A stretch of 64,000 nucleotides of DNA from assembly GCA_037440005.1 (NCBI GenBank), contig JBBIUY010000004.1:1-64000 (forward strand), written 5' to 3'. This document shows positions 59,455 to 64,000 of this stretch, in pieces. Both the position numbers and the translations under genes were made by a program. Each line of letters opens with the position of its first letter. The stretch's first letter is position 1. Under the pieces are notes generated by a model, which had not been told where the DNA came from, ran no database searches, and was given only the letters and a program-made list of their open reading frames with translations. This DNA comes from Armatimonadota bacterium (lineage in GTDB: Bacteria; Sysuimicrobiota; Sysuimicrobiia; Sysuimicrobiales; Kaftiobacteriaceae).

Positions 59455-60537
59455 ATGCTGTTCACCTTCGTGGGCGACCGCGGCGATCCGGCGCTGGCGC
59501 GGGTGGCGGAGGGCGTGCGCGCCGCCTTCGAGCGCCGGGGGCATGTCTACACCGACGACCCCGAAGCGCCCGACCTGCGGCTGGTCTTCAACTTCATCGA
59601 CGTGGACCGGCCGCGGCCCTACCGGCGGCGGGCCAAGGCCATCTTCGTGGTGTCGGTGGCCGTCACCGACCAGCGGCCCGACAACGTCCTGCGCCAGGCC
59701 TACCCGCTGCTGGTGCGGTCTCTGGCCAACCTGTGCATCTACCTGGTCCGGGACCCGGAGACGGTGCACACCTACTTCGTCACCCTGGAGCAGGGCTACT
59801 ACCCCATCCCCGACCTGGCCGGGGACGACTACTTCGACTACCTCTACGAGCGCCTGCATCCGCTGGCCTCGTCCCAGCTGGTGATCGACAACGAGTTCCA
59901 CCCCGACCTGGAGCCTGAGCTGTGGGAAGGCGACGACCTGACCCGCCAGCTGAGCGAGGCCGGGCGGCGACTGGACGCCCTGAACCTGCTGCCGGCGCCC
60001 TTTCCCATCCACGAGCTGCTGGACGAGCGCGACCTGCGCCACATCGAGCGCCTGTACGGCATCGGCGGGCTGTCCTACGGGAACCTGAGCGTCCGCAAGG
60101 ACGCCCGGCGCTTCTGGATGAGCGCCAGCGGGGTCGACAAGGCCAACATGAAGGTCATCGGCCGGGACATGCTGCTGGTCAAGGGGTATGACCCGCAGCG
60201 GCACGTGATGCTGCTCAGCGTACCTCCCCACGTCAAGCCCCGCCGGGTGTCGGTGGACGCCATCGAGCACTGGATGATCTACACCGAGCACCCCTCGGTG
60301 GGCGCCATCGTCCACGTGCACGCCTGGATGGAGAACATCACCTCCACCTCCATCAACTACCCCTGCGGGACGATCCAGCTGGCCCGGGCGGTGGCGGAGG
60401 TGGTGCGGCAGGCGCCGGACCCCGCCCGCGCGGTGGTGGGCCTGAAGAACCACGGCCTGACCATCACCGGCCCCACCCTGGACGACATCTTCACCCGCCT
60501 GGAGCGCGGCTTCATCCGCCAGGTGCCCATGTCGTAG
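59455..60537 (+). CDS. Class II aldolase/adducin-family protein with N-terminal extension
   Basis: GNLSVR, SASG, EH..IY, AIVHVH, LKNHG. Confidence 0.82.
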   Translation: MLFTFVGDRGDPALARVAEGVRAAFERRGHVYTDDPEAPDLRLVFNFIDVDRPRPYRRRAKAIFVVSVAVTDQRPDNVLRQAYPLLVRSLANLCIYLVRDPETVHTYFVTLEQGYYPIPDLAGDDYFDYLYERLHPLASSQLVIDNEFHPDLEPELWEGDDLTRQLSEAGRRLDALNLLPAPFPIHELLDERDLRHIERLYGIGGLSYGNLSVRKDARRFWMSASGVDKANMKVIGRDMLLVKGYDPQRHVMLLSVPPHVKPRRVSVDAIEHWMIYTEHPSVGAIVHVHAWMENITSTSINYPCGTIQLARAVAEVVRQAPDPARAVVGLKNHGLTITGPTLDDIFTRLERGFIRQVPMS

Positions 60538-60599
60538 ATGCGCCGCCACGGCCTCCGCCCCGCCGGAGGCGTTCCGCTCCGTGCGCCGCGCGCCGTCTG

Positions 60600-61820
60600 A
60601 TGCGCGCCCTGGTCTTCCACCCCACCATTCCCCGGTTTGTCGTCACCCGGGCCCTGGGCCGTCTCAGCCGGCAGGCGGCGTGGGGGCCGTGGGCCCCCCT
60701 GCGGTACCGGGACGTGCCCGAGCCTCCGCTGCCGGGGGAGGAGTGGGTGCGGGTGCAGGTCCGCCTGGGCGGGATCTGCGGCAGCGACCTGCACACCATC
60801 CAGCTGGACAGCAGCCCGGCCCTGTCGGCGCTCACGTCGTTTCCCTTCGTCATGGGACACGAGAACGTGGGCACGGTGGTGGAGGTGGGCCGCCGGGCCC
60901 ACGGGCTCGCGGTGGGCCAGCGGGTGACCGTGGAGCCGGCGTTGCCGTGCGCGGCCCGGGACCTGCCCCCCTGCCCGTACTGCGCGGCCGGCCGGTACAA
61001 CCTGTGCGTGCGGGTGGCCGACGGCCACCTCAGCCCGGGGCTGATGATCGGCGCCTGCCGGGACACCGGCGGCAGCTGGAGCGGCGGCTTCGTCGCCCAC
61101 CGCTCCCAGGTCTTCCCGGTGCCCGACGGCGTATCCGACGAGGAGGCGCTGATGGCCGAGCCGGCGGCGTGCGCGGTGCACCCGCTGCTGTCGTCGCCCC
61201 CGCGGGATCAGGATACGGTCCTGGTGATCGGCGGGGGGGTCATCGGCCAGTGCGCCATCGCCGCCCTCCGCGCCCTGGGCAGCGCGGCCCGGATCGTCGC
61301 CCTGGTCAAACACCCCCATCAGGGCGAGGCCGCCCGCCAGCTGGGCGCCGACGCGGTGGTGCGGCTGGGTCCGGGCGACGCCCACTACCCGGAGGTGGCC
61401 GACCGGGTGGGCGGGGTGCTGCGGCGGCCCATGCTGGGCAAGCGGGTGCTGCTGGGGGGCGCCGACCTGACCGTGGAGTGCGTGGGCAGCGCCCGCAGCC
61501 TCGACGACGCCCTGCGGCTCACCCGGCCCGGGGGGACGGTGATCGTGCTGGGGCTGGCGGCGATTCCGGCGGGGGTGGACTGGACCCCCGTGTGGTGGAA
61601 AGAACTCCGGGTCACCGGCAGCTACATCTACGGGGTGGAGACCTGGCAGGGGCGGCGCGTGCGCACCATCCCCCTGGTGCTGGAGTGGATGGCCGCGGGA
61701 CGGATGCGGCTGGGTCACCTGGTGACCCACCGCTATGCCCTGGACGACTACCGGGAGGCGCTGAGGGTCGCGACCGGCAAGGCCGCCTCCGCCGCGTTCA
61801 AGGTCGCCTTCGCCCCCTGA
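60600..61820 (+). CDS. Zn-dependent medium-chain dehydrogenase
   Basis: GICGSD, GHE, C..CPYC..C, GGGVIG. Confidence 0.9.
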   Translation: MRALVFHPTIPRFVVTRALGRLSRQAAWGPWAPLRYRDVPEPPLPGEEWVRVQVRLGGICGSDLHTIQLDSSPALSALTSFPFVMGHENVGTVVEVGRRAHGLAVGQRVTVEPALPCAARDLPPCPYCAAGRYNLCVRVADGHLSPGLMIGACRDTGGSWSGGFVAHRSQVFPVPDGVSDEEALMAEPAACAVHPLLSSPPRDQDTVLVIGGGVIGQCAIAALRALGSAARIVALVKHPHQGEAARQLGADAVVRLGPGDAHYPEVADRVGGVLRRPMLGKRVLLGGADLTVECVGSARSLDDALRLTRPGGTVIVLGLAAIPAGVDWTPVWWKELRVTGSYIYGVETWQGRRVRTIPLVLEWMAAGRMRLGHLVTHRYALDDYREALRVATGKAASAAFKVAFAP

Positions 61821-61883
61821 CCCCGGCCGGGCGGGTCGCCGGGACCGCGGTCCGGTCCCCCCGGACGCGGCGGGCGGGGTGGA

Positions 61884-63167
61884 TCAGGGGTAAATGCCGC
61901 GGGCCAGCAGGGCGTCGGCCACCCGGCCGATGGCGTAGATGAGGGCGGCGGTCCGCAGATCCACCTCCCGCTCGCGGGCCAGCAGGGCGACTCCGTGGAA
62001 CGCTTCGACCATGACCTGCTCCAGCCGCCGGTTGACTTCTTCCTCGCTCCAGAAGAACGCCTGGAGGTCCTGCACCCACTCGAAGTAGGAGACGATCACC
62101 CCGCCGGCGTTGGCCAGGATGTCGGGGACGACCAGCACGCCCCGGTCGGCCAGGATCTGGTCGGCGTCGGGCGTGGTGGGCCCGTTGGCGGCCTCCACCA
62201 CCAGCCGGGCCTGCACCCGGGCGGCGTTGCGGGCGGTGATCTGACCCTCCACGGCGGCCGGCACCAGGATGTCGCAGGGCAGTTCCAGCAGCTGCTGGTT
62301 GGTGACCGGTTCGCCGCGGGGGAAACCCTGCACCCCGCCGGCGCGGCGCGCGTGGTCCAGGACCGCCCGCGGGTCCAGGCCGCCCGGATTGTAGACGCCG
62401 CCGCCGACGTCGCTGACGGCCACCACCCGGCAGCCCAGGTCGTGCAGCAGGCAGGCGGCCACCGAGCCCACGTTGCCGAACCCCTGCACCACCACCCGGC
62501 TGCCGGCCAGGGGGAAGCCCGCCAGGGCGGCCGCCTCCCGGGTGACGATGGCCACACCGCGTCCGGTGGCCTCCACCCGGCCGTGGGAGCCCCCGATGCT
62601 CAGCGGCTTGCCGGTCACCACCGACGGCGTCGAGTACCCCCGGTGCATGCTGTAGGTGTCCATGATCCACGCCATCACCCGGGGGGTGGTCCCCACGTCG
62701 GGAGCGGGGATGTCCGAGTCGGGCCCCACTAGCACGCTGATCTCGGTGGCATAGCGCCGGGTGAGCCGCTCCAGCTCGGCCGGCGACAGGGTGGAGGGGT
62801 CGCAGGCCACGCCGCCCTTGGCGCCCCCGTAGGGCAGGTGCATCAGGGCGCACTTCCAGGTCATGAGCATGGCCAGCGCCCGCACCTCGGCCAGGTCCAC
62901 CTGCGGGCTGTAGCGGATGCCGCCCTTGCTGGGGCCCAGAACCGTGCTGTGGTGCACCCGGTAGCCGGTGAACACCCGCACCGACCCGTCGTCCATCCGC
63001 ACCGGGAAGGCGACGGCCAGCTCGCGGGCGGGAGTGGCCAGGAACTCCCGGATGCCCCGGGGCAGGGTCAGGTGGTCGGCGGCGCGGTGGAACTGGCGGA
63101 GGGCCGCGTCCCAGGGGTCGTCGGTCCGCACGGCCGGCGGGGCGGAGGAGGAGAGGTCGGACCGCAC
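61884..63167 (-). CDS. gdhA: Glutamate dehydrogenase (Glu/Leu/Phe/Val family)
   Basis: GPSKGGIR, MTWKCA, GGAKGG, DIPAPD, QGFGNVG, NAGGVIVSYFEW; GTG start with GGGAGG. Confidence 0.92.
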   Translation of the reverse strand: MRSDLSSSAPPAVRTDDPWDAALRQFHRAADHLTLPRGIREFLATPARELAVAFPVRMDDGSVRVFTGYRVHHSTVLGPSKGGIRYSPQVDLAEVRALAMLMTWKCALMHLPYGGAKGGVACDPSTLSPAELERLTRRYATEISVLVGPDSDIPAPDVGTTPRVMAWIMDTYSMHRGYSTPSVVTGKPLSIGGSHGRVEATGRGVAIVTREAAALAGFPLAGSRVVVQGFGNVGSVAACLLHDLGCRVVAVSDVGGGVYNPGGLDPRAVLDHARRAGGVQGFPRGEPVTNQQLLELPCDILVPAAVEGQITARNAARVQARLVVEAANGPTTPDADQILADRGVLVVPDILANAGGVIVSYFEWVQDLQAFFWSEEEVNRRLEQVMVEAFHGVALLAREREVDLRTAALIYAIGRVADALLARGIYP

Positions 63168-63169
63168 GG

Positions 63170-64000
63170 TCAGTCCTCCCGGCGTTCGAAGGTGATCCAC
63201 GCCGGCTGGCGCACGAAGCCCAGCGCGGTGTTGATGCGCAGCATGGGGGCGTTCAGGGAGTCGTTCCAGGTGCGGATCTCCCGGTACCCCTGCCGCCGGG
63301 CGTACTCGATCACCCGCAGCTTCAGCGCCAGCGCGATCCCCTTCCCCCGGTACTCCCGCCGGACGGCGGTCAGCCCCTGGTACAGCACGTCGGGCAGCCG
63401 CTGGCTGCGGAGGACGAAACTTTCCCCCACGCACCGGTCTCCGTCCACCGCCAGGACGTGGCCGTCGGGCAGGTAGTTGGGGTTGTCCAGCAGGCGCTGG
63501 CGGTATTCGTCCAGCGTCGGCGGAGTATAGGGCTCGGGCTGGGGGATGTCGGCCGCGGCCGTGGTGTGCAGGTCGTACAGGGCGGCCAGCCAGTGCGGGT
63601 GGCGCTCCCGCAGCTCGGCCGCGGTGACGACCTGCACCTGCCGCACCGCCTGCGCCGCTTTGGCCGCGAAGGGCCGGGGGTCGAACGACGCCACCGCCAG
63701 CCGCGACTCCCAGGCCCGGCGGACCTCGCGGAACCCCCGGTCCTGCACGAACCGCACGCTGCGGGGGAAGGTCTCCCGCACCCCGGTCCACAGCACGGTC
63801 GGGCGCAGGGGGCGCATGGCCTCGGTCAGCTCCCGGTACAGGCGCGTGCCGATGCCCTGTCCCTGGCGGTCGGGGCGGACCACGACATCCACCCACAGTT
63901 TCTGCGGGTGGTACATGGTGGCCACGTGGTGGTACTCGGCCATCCCCACCAGATCCCCGGCCTCCTCCGCCACCAGGCGGCCCAGGTGCAGCCGGTCCCC
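63170..64000 (-). CDS. Tandem GNAT acetyltransferase (5' end outside the window)
   Basis: RQGQGIG and YRGKGIA..LK, N...NAPM..IN..LGF; frame open to the window edge. Confidence 0.88.
   Translation of the reverse strand, partial: GDRLHLGRLVAEEAGDLVGMAEYHHVATMYHPQKLWVDVVVRPDRQGQGIGTRLYRELTEAMRPLRPTVLWTGVRETFPRSVRFVQDRGFREVRRAWESRLAVASFDPRPFAAKAAQAVRQVQVVTAAELRERHPHWLAALYDLHTTAAADIPQPEPYTPPTLDEYRQRLLDNPNYLPDGHVLAVDGDRCVGESFVLRSQRLPDVLYQGLTAVRREYRGKGIALALKLRVIEYARRQGYREIRTWNDSLNAPMLRINTALGFVRQPAWITFERRED

Overview
Very GC-rich bacterial chromosome segment (about 70-75% GC by eye; taxon cannot be fixed from sequence), densely packed with respiration and redox genes. It carries carbon and redox metabolism genes (gltD-like, maeB, gltA, pfkA, lacD-like, gdh) and three multiheme c-type cytochromes (10, 7 and 5 CxxCH) plus a monoheme protein. 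It also has a CbcBA-like bc pair, a HybA/HybB-like Fe-S/NrfD pair with no hydrogenase, a ccm operon, a decaying molybdoenzyme operon, a putative metal-response block, five histidine kinases and six response regulators. Two observations stand out. (1) An 18-bp palindrome, ATCGG-N8-CCGAT, lies 21-23 nt upstream of a -10-like hexamer (TANNNT in most) at 19 promoters, which suggests one activator regulon covering most of the window, including several unannotated small ORFs. (2) An A2-type heme-copper oxidase gene set is followed by four cupredoxins, three with non-canonical CuA-like ligand spacing, and a minimal ActB2/ActC-like quinol-oxidising module with no cytochrome c. This is a candidate copper-wired alternative complex III-IV system. 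The window starts in a rearranged IS481-like remnant. No rRNA, tRNA or CRISPR array was seen. All functional calls come from motif recognition by eye, not database searches.
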